Of a stretch of DNA of 64,000 nucleotides, positions 1 to 10,220 are shown in pieces. The DNA comes from Methanothrix sp. (GTDB lineage: Archaea; Halobacteriota; Methanosarcinia; Methanotrichales; Methanotrichaceae): NCBI GenBank assembly GCA_963682135.1, contig OY821645.1:2016001-2080000 (forward strand). The letters run 5' to 3'. A program made the position numbers and the translations under genes. How positions within the stretch are numbered: position 1 is the stretch's first letter; every line of letters begins with the position of its first letter. Below the pieces are notes generated by a model. That model saw only the letters and a program-made list of their open reading frames with translations. It did no database searches and was not told where the DNA came from.

Positions 1-108
1 CGACATTGACGAGCACGATCCTATCGCAGGGCTGGGATGCTCCAGGATCTGGGTGGCCACAAGGCAGCTGCCCTGGTATGCCTGGAAATCTCGACATTTT
101 CTTCAATT

Positions 109-630
109 CTAGGCAATGTACAATATTACCATTTGAATTCCAGCTATAATCGCGAATAGAATTAGCATTAACGTAATACGCCCGCTCCATCGATGAACGG
201 TATGTATTCTCATATCCTTTGATTTGAATTGGAATATTCCGAGCAGAGGAGTCGCTACGAGAAAAACAAGGACGCTGGCGCCCAGATATGCATGCATTTC
301 TCGCACAAAAAATGTTTCCATGTACACGGATACCATATATGCTGCGATAGAAAGGCCTGCCAGAACAAATGCAACCCCTAACAGTGCCAGTTTTTTATGC
401 AATCCTACCCATCCCGTCCTTTGCTTTAGGTATCGTGCCGTGAATGCTCCACCTGTCAGAGACATAACCCCGACAACTACCATTATCATATGATATGGCC
501 AGGGTGGAGGAAATTGATGAGTATGAGCACTACCTCCTGCTTCTGAAGGATCATGTGCGCTTGCCACACCCATAAAAAATGATAGGAAAAATAATGAAAT
601 CATCAAGACATAGAGCATAGATTTCTGCAT
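109..630 (-). CDS. Cytochrome b561-like membrane protein with signal peptide
   Basis: Four TM helices with four His (YHMIM, LHKKL, MHAYLG, VHRWSGR) spaced as in diheme b561 domains. Confidence 0.65.
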   Translation of the reverse strand: MQKSMLYVLMISLFFLSFFMGVASAHDPSEAGGSAHTHQFPPPWPYHMIMVVVGVMSLTGGAFTARYLKQRTGWVGLHKKLALLGVAFVLAGLSIAAYMVSVYMETFFVREMHAYLGASVLVFLVATPLLGIFQFKSKDMRIHTVHRWSGRITLMLILFAIIAGIQMVILYIA

Positions 631-821
631 ATAACCGCCTCTATTGGTATTGGCTTCTCTATCTAGAAAAACGTTTGGCTATTTAGAAAATGTTTGAGAA
701 TCTGCCTATCTTCAGCATTGCTTACCGGCCCAACTCATAGTCACCCCTCAGTGGATGCTTGCAGGATCAGATTTATATTTCAATGCGCCATTGCTTGCTA
801 TCAAGTGAGTGAGGCGCAAAG

Positions 822-1472
822 ATGAGATGGATGCTTTTTACGATGCTGTTTGTTCTTGCTTGCATCGCTGCCAATATGGCTACTGTTAACGCAGATGATG
901 ATGATGCGGCTAGCGTCCAAACTACTGATGATTTATTAGCCCAGAACTTCACGGAGCATTCCTGGATATTTGTCAATGGCTACATGGAAGAGTCGAGAAT
1001 ACTGCAGACCGATATAGGATTTAAAGGCCAAAAGATGGCCCTCACCACAAGTGGAAGCGGAATGGCTACCAGAACTATAGACTCAGAGGTCTACCGGGAC
1101 TCGAATCGTGAAGAAGCATCGCTCACCATCTCAGCCAATTATGATTATGCACCCTACGTTCCTCCCCTCACACAAAGTGACCTTAGGAATGCTCTGTGCG
1201 CCAAGAATTACGAGGTGGGCTCTGTTTTTTCTGAGACCTACAACATCGATAAAGATCTCATAAAGGATACCAAGATCTACCAGAACGACAGCTTCTCCGT
1301 TTATGAGATCAGCTCCGAGATCCAGGGAACCGCCAGGATCGGCCAGCGGGTGCAGAAGAATGCCAAGACAGTGCCGTCCTTTATGATGAACGGGATGTAC
1401 GTGGGCTATGCGCAGATTAGGTCGGAGACCATTGTGGGAAATACCTCCGTCTTGACCCTGCCCTGCCCATAA
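822..1472 (+). CDS. Secreted hypothetical protein (paralog of 6089..7018)
   Basis: N-terminal signal peptide; LCAKNYEVGSV motif; ends in LPCP. Confidence 0.75.
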   Translation: MRWMLFTMLFVLACIAANMATVNADDDDAASVQTTDDLLAQNFTEHSWIFVNGYMEESRILQTDIGFKGQKMALTTSGSGMATRTIDSEVYRDSNREEASLTISANYDYAPYVPPLTQSDLRNALCAKNYEVGSVFSETYNIDKDLIKDTKIYQNDSFSVYEISSEIQGTARIGQRVQKNAKTVPSFMMNGMYVGYAQIRSETIVGNTSVLTLPCP

Positions 1473-1480
1473 GAGTGCCT

Positions 1481-1966
1481 TTAGATCGTGGTCGCATGGT
1501 GAGCCGCTGCTGCTACAGCTCGCATCTCCTGTGGGTCCAGAGCATAATGCAAGTGGCTCTGGCAGCGGCAATCCGTGCAGCCGAAACGGGGCACGGCCAT
1601 GAGCCGTTTCCCAATGGCTTTCGCGATGCTACACTCCAGATCCTGGGTGGTTTTGGTGATGAACACCTCCACTAAGCTGGTGTGGGGTAAGAGGTAGTCT
1701 ATGTGCCAGCGTCGAGTTGTTTTTATTCCCTCTAATACCTGAATGTGGCGATCTACACGCTTGAGGCCGCCCGGACCCCTCGCTGAACCGGTGTAAGAAT
1801 AAAAGCCGCTGACAAAGTCGATGACGTCCAGTGATCCGACCTCTATCTGCCTTGCCTGCGGCAAGAAAAGTATTAGTGAATAAATTCCCGGCTCATTTCT
1901 CTGCGGCTGCATGCCTGTTTCTCGTGATGGTGGATATTTGATCTTGGTGCTTTGTGGAGGAATCAT
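1481..1966 (-). CDS. DUF123 / GIY-YIG (Uri-superfamily) nuclease-like protein
   Basis: GIYSL..YSYTGSA, RWHIDYL, EC, FGCTDCRCQSHL motifs. Confidence 0.8.
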   Translation of the reverse strand: MIPPQSTKIKYPPSRETGMQPQRNEPGIYSLILFLPQARQIEVGSLDVIDFVSGFYSYTGSARGPGGLKRVDRHIQVLEGIKTTRRWHIDYLLPHTSLVEVFITKTTQDLECSIAKAIGKRLMAVPRFGCTDCRCQSHLHYALDPQEMRAVAAAAHHATTI

Positions 1967-2043
1967 GGAGGAAATATACGAGGGGCATATTAAAGCAAGT
2001 CTTTTCTAGGATGAAGGAGCAATTGGCTCTAGGTGAAAATTAA

Positions 2044-2637
2044 ATGAAGTTATTATTAGCAGCAACCATGATGCTGATGCTGTCTGCCATGGCGATGGCT
2101 GTGCCGGATAGCCAACAGCTCGGACCTTACACGGTATCGTTTGATCTAAATGCCAATTATCAGGTTCAGAATACCCAGCCCATTGAAATGAAGACTGCCA
2201 ACGCCTATCAGATGGGCTTATTTGTCGACAATTCCACCTATGCCACAATCGGCATAACTGAGTACGCCGAGCTGACAGATTCCACACTGATGGTTTTCAA
2301 GAGCATGTTACCGATGAGCATGATGCTCCAGGGCCTCAATGTCACAAATGTCGAAGATGTCGCAATTGAAGGGAAGGAAGGCTTCTTGGTTACAGGTACG
2401 CCTTACGAGGCAATGGCAGGAGCTCCAAGCCAAGTCTACCGAGCCATGTACTGGTTAGATAGCCAGGACTGCGAATGCGGACCGGTATCTGTAGGCAAGA
2501 CCAGCGTCGTAATCACCTCAACATATCCCTTGGATGTCACGCAGGGCCTGCTTTCCAGCCTACAAATAGTGATGGGCCAGGTCGCGACCACGGCTGCCCC
2601 ATCGGCTCAGGGCGGACAAATTCTGCCCCCTGCTTAG
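2044..2637 (+). CDS. Secreted hypothetical protein
   Basis: Signal peptide, RBS AGGTGA upstream, GPYTVSFDL N-terminal motif, DCECG motif. Confidence 0.75.
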   Translation: MKLLLAATMMLMLSAMAMAVPDSQQLGPYTVSFDLNANYQVQNTQPIEMKTANAYQMGLFVDNSTYATIGITEYAELTDSTLMVFKSMLPMSMMLQGLNVTNVEDVAIEGKEGFLVTGTPYEAMAGAPSQVYRAMYWLDSQDCECGPVSVGKTSVVITSTYPLDVTQGLLSSLQIVMGQVATTAAPSAQGGQILPPA

Positions 2638-2832
2638 GCGATTGAATTATCCGAGAAAACGACAACGGAAAAAGAGGCCTGAAATAGGCAGTTTCCGTTT
2701 TCGTCTCTCTTAAAAATCCGATCGATCCCCTCTGTACGACTTCTCGGAATCAAAGATTTATATCCATTGCGCGTCTTGGATGTTTGCATCTCTTTCAGTT
2801 TGAGGCGCTGAAATGTTTCGAGGTGGATTTGA

Positions 2833-3978
2833 ATGATCAGACCCAGGAAACTGTTTACGATTTCTATGTTTTTCATCCTGGCCGCTTTAATTGTGACCCT
2901 GCCGGGTCTTGGCCAGTGCTATGGTCTTCCCTCTCCGGGTGATGGGGAAGAACGCATCTTTGCTCAGAGTGCATGTGCCGGAGTGAGCAATGACCCGCCC
3001 AACCCTACAGTCTTTACCATTGATGAGCCAAGGACCATCACCAAAATTGGCACATATCACTGGAACGATGCCTCCGGCGAGTCGCCGGGGACTATTGGGT
3101 TGAGAGACGAACTGGGCAAGACCTACGGCCCCTGGCAGGCCGAAGGAGAATCAGGCCAGGGTGGCGTTCCTAATGCTTATTGGATCGTCTATTTAACTCC
3201 TGCATTGGATTTGCCTGCAGGAACCTATACTATTATCGACTCCAGCCCATCGACCTGGTCATACACTTACGAGAGCGGGGATTGCGGACTTGTCGCGGTT
3301 ATAGGTCTTATGGGCGGAAGCGACAGCGTGAAGTCTGCTCCCTGTGCTGGTGAAGGTGTGGACTATTCCCCCCGCAGTCCGACCGACCTTTATGATGCCG
3401 GCCCAGTGCTGGTTCCGGGCATGTACAATATCTGGTACGGCAAAAGGACCGGCACTCAGATAGGAATGCCTGACAAATGGAACCAACTGGGGCCAAAGGA
3501 GCTGTTGGGCGGCGAGTTCTATGTCTTTGATGTGACGGCAGCCGGCCTGGCCGAGTCTACACCCCAGATGATCGACCCCATGCTCACCAATCCAGCCCCC
3601 GGCGAGTCTCTGGTCTGGCTTAAGCTCAGCTTGGAAGATGCTTATGTGGTCTGCTTTGAGGGACCGCTGGACGGCGGGCTGAACCTGGCCGGTGCCTGGA
3701 AGATGTCCGGACATCAGGAAGGCTTCAACGATTGGAAGGCGGACCTGAATTTAAAGAAAGACGGCACCCTGGAATGGACGGAGACCGAGGGGGCTAATGT
3801 GGGGGCCAATCGAGAGGGAACCTGGCAATTCGATGGAACGGTCCTTACTCTGGAATGGGTATCGCCGGGCGGAGGACAGACCTCCTGGCAATCACGATCG
3901 GTTGCGAAAAATTCGATATCTTCCGGCACCTACACAGTTGAGAGAGCTCCGGGGGGGACCTGGTCTGCGATGAGGTAA
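2833..3978 (+). CDS. Secreted multidomain hypothetical protein (beta-rich, lipocalin-like C-terminal domain)
   Basis: Signal peptide, RBS GAGGTG, long ORF; LAGAWKM and GTWQF motifs in the C-terminal part. Confidence 0.7.
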   Translation: MIRPRKLFTISMFFILAALIVTLPGLGQCYGLPSPGDGEERIFAQSACAGVSNDPPNPTVFTIDEPRTITKIGTYHWNDASGESPGTIGLRDELGKTYGPWQAEGESGQGGVPNAYWIVYLTPALDLPAGTYTIIDSSPSTWSYTYESGDCGLVAVIGLMGGSDSVKSAPCAGEGVDYSPRSPTDLYDAGPVLVPGMYNIWYGKRTGTQIGMPDKWNQLGPKELLGGEFYVFDVTAAGLAESTPQMIDPMLTNPAPGESLVWLKLSLEDAYVVCFEGPLDGGLNLAGAWKMSGHQEGFNDWKADLNLKKDGTLEWTETEGANVGANREGTWQFDGTVLTLEWVSPGGGQTSWQSRSVAKNSISSGTYTVERAPGGTWSAMR

Positions 3979-3982
3979 AAGA

Positions 3983-4939
3983 ATGAATAACTTCTTGATA
4001 TCGATAATCACCATCATATCTTTGGTGGGGTGCATAGCTGCCGCAGATGGAAGCGGCGTGGAGCTGCGGCCAGGAGAAGCATTGGCAGAGATGCGATTTG
4101 AGAGTGGAATTGGCCAGCCATGGGTAGGCGGCAATCCACCATCATCCGGCACGTATGATTCCATATATTCTCAATACTATTGGAGCTACAAAGGATCAGC
4201 TCCCAAGAAGCATATTGATAGCCCAAAGAAGCATGTGATCGCTGATAGTCTGCCCAGCACAGTCTATTTCAGCTATCAGATGCAAGCCGTGCCGTACACT
4301 CAATATCAGAGCAATGCCGCCTACACCGGAGGAGACTCTTTGTGGATACTGGGCTCTTCCAGTTGGTCCCAGTATGCTAGAGTTCCCCAGTGGTCCGGTC
4401 TATCTCTGCTGGCAGCATCCACCAAAGGCGGCAAAGGATATCTGTATGAGATAACTCCTGATGGAAAGCTATCCAAGGAAAGCTTCTCCTTCTTCCCTGG
4501 CAGCAGCCAGATAGACTTCTATGCAGATACAATCGGCCAGCATGTGCTGCTCTTTGCAATTGGCGGCCAGGTAAGCAATGCCATAGTCATCGATGTTGTC
4601 AATGCCTATCCGCAAACATATCCGGCGACCCCTGGCTATCCACCTGCTCAGGTTCTTCCTCCTGCGACAACTGCTCCGCCTGCGATGGGTGACACCCCCG
4701 TGACGATAATCTCCCAGGGCATGAGTGGATATCAGGTTTTCCTGGATGGTAATTACATCGGCACTGAGGGGACGGGAGGAGACGCACTTGATGGAAGGTT
4801 CAGCTTCAGGGTGATTGGCGGCAGGAACCATGATGTTCGGGTCTATGATGGTCAGTTCAATTATCCGAAGACAATGTTCTTCCAAAAGGGCGTCCAGAAG
4901 ATAATCTACGTGGAACCGGGAACAGCAGTATATATTTGA
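3983..4939 (+). CDS. Secreted protein with Ig-like domain, Pro-rich linker and PEGA-like C-terminal domain
   Basis: Signal peptide; YQVFLDGNYIGT PEGA-like motif; closely follows the upstream gene; T-run after the stop. Confidence 0.7.
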   Translation: MNNFLISIITIISLVGCIAAADGSGVELRPGEALAEMRFESGIGQPWVGGNPPSSGTYDSIYSQYYWSYKGSAPKKHIDSPKKHVIADSLPSTVYFSYQMQAVPYTQYQSNAAYTGGDSLWILGSSSWSQYARVPQWSGLSLLAASTKGGKGYLYEITPDGKLSKESFSFFPGSSQIDFYADTIGQHVLLFAIGGQVSNAIVIDVVNAYPQTYPATPGYPPAQVLPPATTAPPAMGDTPVTIISQGMSGYQVFLDGNYIGTEGTGGDALDGRFSFRVIGGRNHDVRVYDGQFNYPKTMFFQKGVQKIIYVEPGTAVYI

Positions 4940-5103
4940 GCTGCTGTCTTCTTTTTTTCTATTGCCATTGTCTGAAAAATGAGGGGCTAAGAGGCTTATG
5001 GCGTCGGGAAAGTACTTATTCCAGAAGTATACATGCTAAGTGCTCAAAATCGTCATGGGACTCAATAAATACGATATGGGCTGCATAGGTATCCTAAATT
5101 GGA

Positions 5104-5187
5104 GCGGGGTTTGCCAAGCTGGCCAAAGGCGCGGGACTTAAGATCCCGTCTCGCAGGAGTTCGCGGGTTCGAATCCCGTACCCCGCA
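5104..5187 (+). tRNA. tRNA-Leu(UAA)
   Basis: Acceptor stem GCGGGGT/ACCCCGC, anticodon arm CGGGA-CTTAAGA-TCCCG, long variable arm, GGTTCGAATCC; no encoded CCA. Confidence 0.97.
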
Positions 5188-5366
5188 TTACGTATATCGA
5201 ATTATCGGTTAGCACATAGCTGTCTGATCAATTGCTTTTGGAATCTGTTAAGTCTAATGAATTCAAGCCTGTGGCAGAAAATTGTCGGCACCCCAATTTT
5301 TGAAATAGTAGAAGATACAATTATGATCAGTAAGTGTGATCAAGTATAGGATCTGAGGGAGATATT

Positions 5367-6020
5367 ATGAGGATATATTTATTAATACTAATATCTATAT
5401 TATTGCTATGTTGCTCTGCATTTCAGGCAGCAGCTGGAAACACCCTTAGCATAGAGGGTCCGAGTGGCTGGACAAAGAATCTGGAAGTGGCCCAGGGATC
5501 GACTGCAACTCTTGTCGTCCTGACTCCAAAAGAAGGCGATGGCATACTCTTTGATCAATATCCCGATGGAAGCATTCATGAATGCTCCTATTACTTCCTG
5601 TGCAACGATCGCCTGCCTTTCCGCGCGAATGCACCCGGGCGGCATGTATTGCATTACGTTCTGAATGGCAAAGAGAGCAACACCGTGGCCATAGATGTGA
5701 AAGGCACTCCTGCCCCGAAAGAATGCCCAACGCCCTCGCTGAGGCCCGAGCCATGTTCCATGCCTAAAGCGAGCATTCGCGCAACATCCGTTTGCGTTGT
5801 GCCTCGCATTGCGCCCGTCTCTCTCTCCCGAGAGATATCGAGTTATCCGATGTTGCTTGAGTACCGTCCGACAGGTGCTCATATCATGAATTACCAAAAT
5901 GGAATTGTCATCCCCAAGTCTGCATCTCAATATCATTTTGGCAAGGATTTCTCGTTAGGGACGATCGACAATAACTATCCTGGAACGCCATTTCTGCTCC
6001 AGTATCTTTCCGATCCCTAA
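5367..6020 (+). CDS. Secreted hypothetical protein sharing the Ig-like domain of 3983..4939
   Basis: Signal peptide, RBS GAGGGAG; PDG..F.A...G.HVL....G..SN...IDV pattern shared with the neighbour. Confidence 0.7.
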   Translation: MRIYLLILISILLLCCSAFQAAAGNTLSIEGPSGWTKNLEVAQGSTATLVVLTPKEGDGILFDQYPDGSIHECSYYFLCNDRLPFRANAPGRHVLHYVLNGKESNTVAIDVKGTPAPKECPTPSLRPEPCSMPKASIRATSVCVVPRIAPVSLSREISSYPMLLEYRPTGAHIMNYQNGIVIPKSASQYHFGKDFSLGTIDNNYPGTPFLLQYLSDP

Positions 6021-6088
6021 AGATTAGTCTAAAAAGAGCAGGTGCTTTTTAGAGGCCTCCTCTTTCTTTATACTATTCTTGCATCCAA

Positions 6089-7018
6089 TCATGTGCAAGG
6101 CAGCCAGTCAACGCTGACAGCGCCGCAGGTGGAGTTACCCCAAAGCTGGATGAACTTCTCGATGGAGAAGACGCCGGCAAGATCCTCGACGCTGCGTCCA
6201 TACTCGGCATGGCGGCCTTTCAATTGCGGATCTGAAGCAGGATCCCTGGAGAGCCAGCCAATGTGGGCCACACCGATGACAAACGAGTTTAAGTTGGCTT
6301 CAAGAACTCCTGTGCAACAGGGCAAAGGTGGATATCGAATGCTGAAATCGCGCTCTATCTGTCCGTATTTTACTGAAAAATATATTGATTCCTTTTTGTC
6401 CATGTAATTTCTCGTCTTGATCTCAGAGTTTCTTTGCAGATGCTCGGCATGGGTGTACATCTCGGTCATGACCGCTCCTATCTTGTAGTTTTGCACACAC
6501 AGCTTATCCATCCATTTCTGGTCGTATGTGCCGGTCTGGTAGGAGACAGGCATATACTCGAATTCTGCCTGCTTGGTGAAGTTGATATAATCCATGGGAC
6601 CAAAGCCGGTTGGCCATTGACGGTATCTGAATTTGAATTTATAAGGGAAGAAGTCATCCCAGTAAACCGGAGGTCCCCAGGGCCCGAAATCTCCATCGTA
6701 ATCACCCATTTCATCCGGCCAATCAGGCTCGGCTGTATCCTTCCAAATGGAGACTTCTGCCAGGTAAGGCCCACCACATCTGCTGCCGATCTGCCTCTCC
6801 GCCTCCAGCTCGGTCTTATCGGTGATAACATTGCCGCTGCCGGATTCCTTTTCAACAAGCTTGGAGCCATTAAACCCATTCTGAGTGGAAATTATCTTCT
6901 CGACGTTTTTGTATCCTACACCCTGGACGGATGCCTTCTCATACATGTAGTTGGCAGCACCAACTCCTCCGATCATCGAAATAGCCAGTATTATGCAGAT
7001 TAGTGATCGATTTATCAT
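6089..7018 (-). CDS. Secreted hypothetical protein (paralog of 822..1472)
   Basis: Start moved to MINRSLICII (RBS GGAGAGAGTGA); LCVQNYKIGAV motif; ends in WLPCT. Confidence 0.75.
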   Translation of the reverse strand: MINRSLICIILAISMIGGVGAANYMYEKASVQGVGYKNVEKIISTQNGFNGSKLVEKESGSGNVITDKTELEAERQIGSRCGGPYLAEVSIWKDTAEPDWPDEMGDYDGDFGPWGPPVYWDDFFPYKFKFRYRQWPTGFGPMDYINFTKQAEFEYMPVSYQTGTYDQKWMDKLCVQNYKIGAVMTEMYTHAEHLQRNSEIKTRNYMDKKESIYFSVKYGQIERDFSIRYPPLPCCTGVLEANLNSFVIGVAHIGWLSRDPASDPQLKGRHAEYGRSVEDLAGVFSIEKFIQLWGNSTCGAVSVDWLPCT

Positions 7019-7073
7019 TTCACTCTCTCCGAGCATTGTGAGTCGGTGGGTCATGACAATTGGTTTCTTCATA

Positions 7074-7850
7074 TCATCGCTTCGAACTCTTGCAGTTTCC
7101 TCCCAAGAGGCAGACGATCCCCGCGGCAAGAAGAACGGCGATGATGCCCGTCAGGAAGATGCCGTCGAAGACTCCCGCTCCACCGATGGATAGAGTCAAA
7201 GGCCTGGTCTGGTGCAGCTCCAGTGGGGAGAGGGCAGGCAGTATTCCCGGGGTGAGCAGGCTGAGCAGGTCCGCTCCAATCAGTGTTCCCAGAGTGCCGC
7301 TGATGTAGGCCAGGGGCGGAGCGCGGCGAAAGCCGCTCGCCAGGAGCAGGCCCATAGCTGCGGCCAGAAGGGGCGAGAGCCAGACCGGCAGGACAATGCC
7401 CTCGCCTGCGATGGCCTGGGCGGCCCAGTAGGTGATAGCAGCTACCACGGCCATTCCCAGCAGGGCCTTTTTGGGGCTGACCTGGCCGCGCAAGAGAAGA
7501 TGAGCGGAGATGAGCAGAGGTATGATGCACCCCCCCAGGTTGACCGCCAGATAGACGGGATGAAATGTGGTGGCTGCATCTTGGGCGGTCAGGCTCATCA
7601 GAGAAACATACCAATCCGGATAGGATGATATGGGTGCCTCGATGAGCTGAATGTCCACAAGGCTGCCCAGGATGGAGCCGAAGACGGCCAGAGTGGCGTG
7701 CCAGTGGGAGAAGCCCACCATCTCAAAGGCCGTCTCGGAGAGGCGGAGAAAGAGGTAGACGATGATGAGGGGCGCAACCAAGATGAGCAGCAAGATGACG
7801 ACGGTCAGCGGCAGGAAGAGAAGTTCGAACAAGGCAATTAGCACCCGCAA
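7074..7850 (-). CDS. DUF1614 family membrane protein
   Basis: AVNLGGCIIP, AYISGTLGTLIGADL, SIGGAGVFDGIFL motifs. Confidence 0.85.
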   Translation of the reverse strand: MRVLIALFELLFLPLTVVILLLILVAPLIIVYLFLRLSETAFEMVGFSHWHATLAVFGSILGSLVDIQLIEAPISSYPDWYVSLMSLTAQDAATTFHPVYLAVNLGGCIIPLLISAHLLLRGQVSPKKALLGMAVVAAITYWAAQAIAGEGIVLPVWLSPLLAAAMGLLLASGFRRAPPLAYISGTLGTLIGADLLSLLTPGILPALSPLELHQTRPLTLSIGGAGVFDGIFLTGIIAVLLAAGIVCLLGGNCKSSKR

Positions 7851-7896
7851 ATGAGTTATCTTTGATAGTTAATAGAGCTTTGCAGGGTGTTTACAG

Positions 7897-8388
7897 ATGA
7901 CCATTCTTACCGGCAGCGAGGCGCAGGGCCTTGTGGAATGCATGATCGACCCAAAGACGCAGACGCAGATGTGCGGCATGGAGTTGACGCTGCAAAAGAT
8001 CGAACGCTTCACCTCCGCCGGAGCGGTAGCTTTTGATAACAATGAGAGAGTGCTGCCTCAGACTGAGCCGATCGAGTTTGATTCATCAGGCTGGATTGCT
8101 TTGCCCGCAGGCTGTTACCTGGTGACCTTCAATGAGATCGTGAACATTCCCAAGGACGCTGCCGCCCTGGCCCGTGCCCGTTCCACTCTCTTGCGCTGCG
8201 GGGCCGGCCTGGAGACGGCCCTCTGGGACCCGGGATACCGGGGACGCAGCCAGAGCCTGCTGGTGGTCTACAATCCCCATGGACTGAGGCTCAAGAAGAA
8301 CGCCCGGCTCATGCAACTGGTATTCCTGCGGCTGGGAAAAGAGGCGGAGACTGTCTATTCTGGGAAGTACCAGGGCGAGAACATCTGA
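7897..8388 (+). CDS. dut: Archaeal dUTPase (dCTP deaminase/dUTPase superfamily)
   Basis: ARSTLLRCG, WDPGYRG, ARLMQLVF and C-terminal YSGKYQGE motifs. Confidence 0.85.
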   Translation: MTILTGSEAQGLVECMIDPKTQTQMCGMELTLQKIERFTSAGAVAFDNNERVLPQTEPIEFDSSGWIALPAGCYLVTFNEIVNIPKDAAALARARSTLLRCGAGLETALWDPGYRGRSQSLLVVYNPHGLRLKKNARLMQLVFLRLGKEAETVYSGKYQGENI

Positions 8389-8416
8389 TTCAAAAAATTA
8401 GACAAACAACTCTGGC

Positions 8417-8959
8417 TTAGCTTATGGCCAGAGTCTTGACGATTTGTGTGGTATTATTCTTATCGAGCAGCGATACCATTACTGCAAAGTTGGGTCCATC
8501 CAGATTCCAGACCGCCATATCGTAGCTGCCGCCGAGTGTGTCAATGCGTGAATCATTGGTGCTCATAGTATGAACGGTCACGTTGTTTCCCTGATGATCT
8601 ATTGCCGTCCAGTTTCCTGTTTCTTCGTCGCCTCTGGCTTTCACCCCTGAAATACCGCCCACCAGGAAAAGCTCGGAGAGTGCACCAGGGCTCAATTTGC
8701 TAAGGTTCTCATCATAAACGCTCAAAACAGATATGAATGTCGCACCGGATGCGTCTGTGTTGTTGATGATGAAATCCTGGCCGACCATTCCGTTTTCGCT
8801 GGTGTTGAATTCGCCTCTAACCATCTCGAAGCTTGGACTCATATCCAGAGAAATAGTCTTTTGCGTGACTGTTAAGAACTTCGATTCCAGGGCAGTGCTG
8901 GGCAAGGCCAGGCAGGCCAGGAGAAGTATGGCCGGTACAAGTGCAGTAAATGGCTTCAT
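8417..8959 (-). CDS. Secreted hypothetical protein
   Basis: Signal peptide; RBS GGAGTGA; divergent from the next gene across a TTTATAT box. Confidence 0.7.
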   Translation of the reverse strand: MKPFTALVPAILLLACLALPSTALESKFLTVTQKTISLDMSPSFEMVRGEFNTSENGMVGQDFIINNTDASGATFISVLSVYDENLSKLSPGALSELFLVGGISGVKARGDEETGNWTAIDHQGNNVTVHTMSTNDSRIDTLGGSYDMAVWNLDGPNFAVMVSLLDKNNTTQIVKTLAIS

Positions 8960-9043
8960 TTTTTCACTCCAATACTCTATTTGTGCTTTATGGATTATGA
9001 AGGTATGATATTTATATCAAATGAGTGTAGATCAAAAGCAATT

Positions 9044-9628
9044 ATGGCAGAGAACCTAAAAGCAATTCTGATAGTACTGTTATTCATCAGCTTGGCCCCC
9101 AATGCGTCCGGTCAGGGTTACATGGGCACGGTAAGCACCGGCACAGGAATTATACCCGCCTTAACTGTGGGCAAGAGCCAGATTTCAGGCACCAATGTGG
9201 GCGCGGTATCATCGCAAGCAAACCTCACGGGAAGCTGGTCTCTTGATTTGAAGGGGACCCGCATCAGGCATTTTGATCTACAGATGTATCAGGAGGGTGA
9301 CCTCATTCTTGGTGCGGGACGCAGTCCGGACCAAAGCGTCCCTGCAGTGACAGCGGCCGGATCTGTGGCCGGGAACAGACCGACCATATTCGTATCATTG
9401 ATTGATGGCGGGCAGGTGTTCCGTCTCAAGCTCTCAGTCTCGGGAGAGGCTCTTGCTGGAGAATATGACTGCATCGCTCAAACGCAATCGAGCGAGTCGG
9501 GAACGGTGACTGGTCGCATAACTTTTGCTGCCAAGAGGAGCCCGGCAACGGCTCTTGGCAAGAGCGTCAGTCCCAGTGCAACTGCGGGTGCATGGGTGGG
9601 AAAAGCGGCGCAAAGCATCAACAAATGA
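9044..9628 (+). CDS. Secreted beta-barrel-like hypothetical protein
   Basis: Start MAENLK about 30 nt after TTTATAT; signal peptide; LTGSWSL motif shared with 29567..30253. Confidence 0.7.
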   Translation: MAENLKAILIVLLFISLAPNASGQGYMGTVSTGTGIIPALTVGKSQISGTNVGAVSSQANLTGSWSLDLKGTRIRHFDLQMYQEGDLILGAGRSPDQSVPAVTAAGSVAGNRPTIFVSLIDGGQVFRLKLSVSGEALAGEYDCIAQTQSSESGTVTGRITFAAKRSPATALGKSVSPSATAGAWVGKAAQSINK

Positions 9629-9662
9629 GGGATTCAAGACGATAGATCCGTTCACGAGAGAG

Positions 9663-10172
9663 TTGTTCCTGACGAGAGGAGTCACTGCGTTGCTGGTTAT
9701 ACTGCTTGCTGTCAGCTCTCCAACAGCAGCCAAGTGTTGTTCATTGGGCGGCGGAGCATCCTACGACTTTCTGGGGGACCCGGCCATGGACATCGGTATG
9801 AATAGCTATGATCAATTCCTCAGTGAGGAGTATCCTGTCAGCGTTGCAGCAGCAACAGATGTGAAAGAAGCGGCATCAAGCCAGATCCGTCTGAATCTGT
9901 CAAATAATAGCAGCATCGATCTCCTTCTTACATTGGCCGGGGGAAGCCTTCTTGGCAAGGGAAATGTGACTTCTGGCAATGCTACCATGCCGGCAGAGGC
10001 TGTGGGACAGCTTCTCGGAAACAAACTTTCTCTTGATGTAACTGCCTTGAGCGGGGAGATCTATAAAATGAGTCTGGCAGCAGAAGGCAGCAGCATTCTG
10101 GGAGACTATAGCATGACCATGCCTGATGGAGAACGACAGAACGCAACTGCAGAAGGAAAATGGGTGACTTGA
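9663..10172 (+). CDS. Secreted beta-barrel-like hypothetical protein
   Basis: Probable TTG start before the signal peptide (start uncertain); mature N-terminus KCCSLGGGASYDFLGD. Confidence 0.65.
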   Translation: MFLTRGVTALLVILLAVSSPTAAKCCSLGGGASYDFLGDPAMDIGMNSYDQFLSEEYPVSVAAATDVKEAASSQIRLNLSNNSSIDLLLTLAGGSLLGKGNVTSGNATMPAEAVGQLLGNKLSLDVTALSGEIYKMSLAAEGSSILGDYSMTMPDGERQNATAEGKWVT

Positions 10173-10220
10173 AGCATCTGTGGGGCGCCCTGCTCCTGTC
10201 GTTTGCATTCTGATAAAATT

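Noticed and set aside
1-111. Open frame running in from the window edge (DIDEHDP...RHFLQF)
   Set aside because: Too short to assign; no recognisable motif
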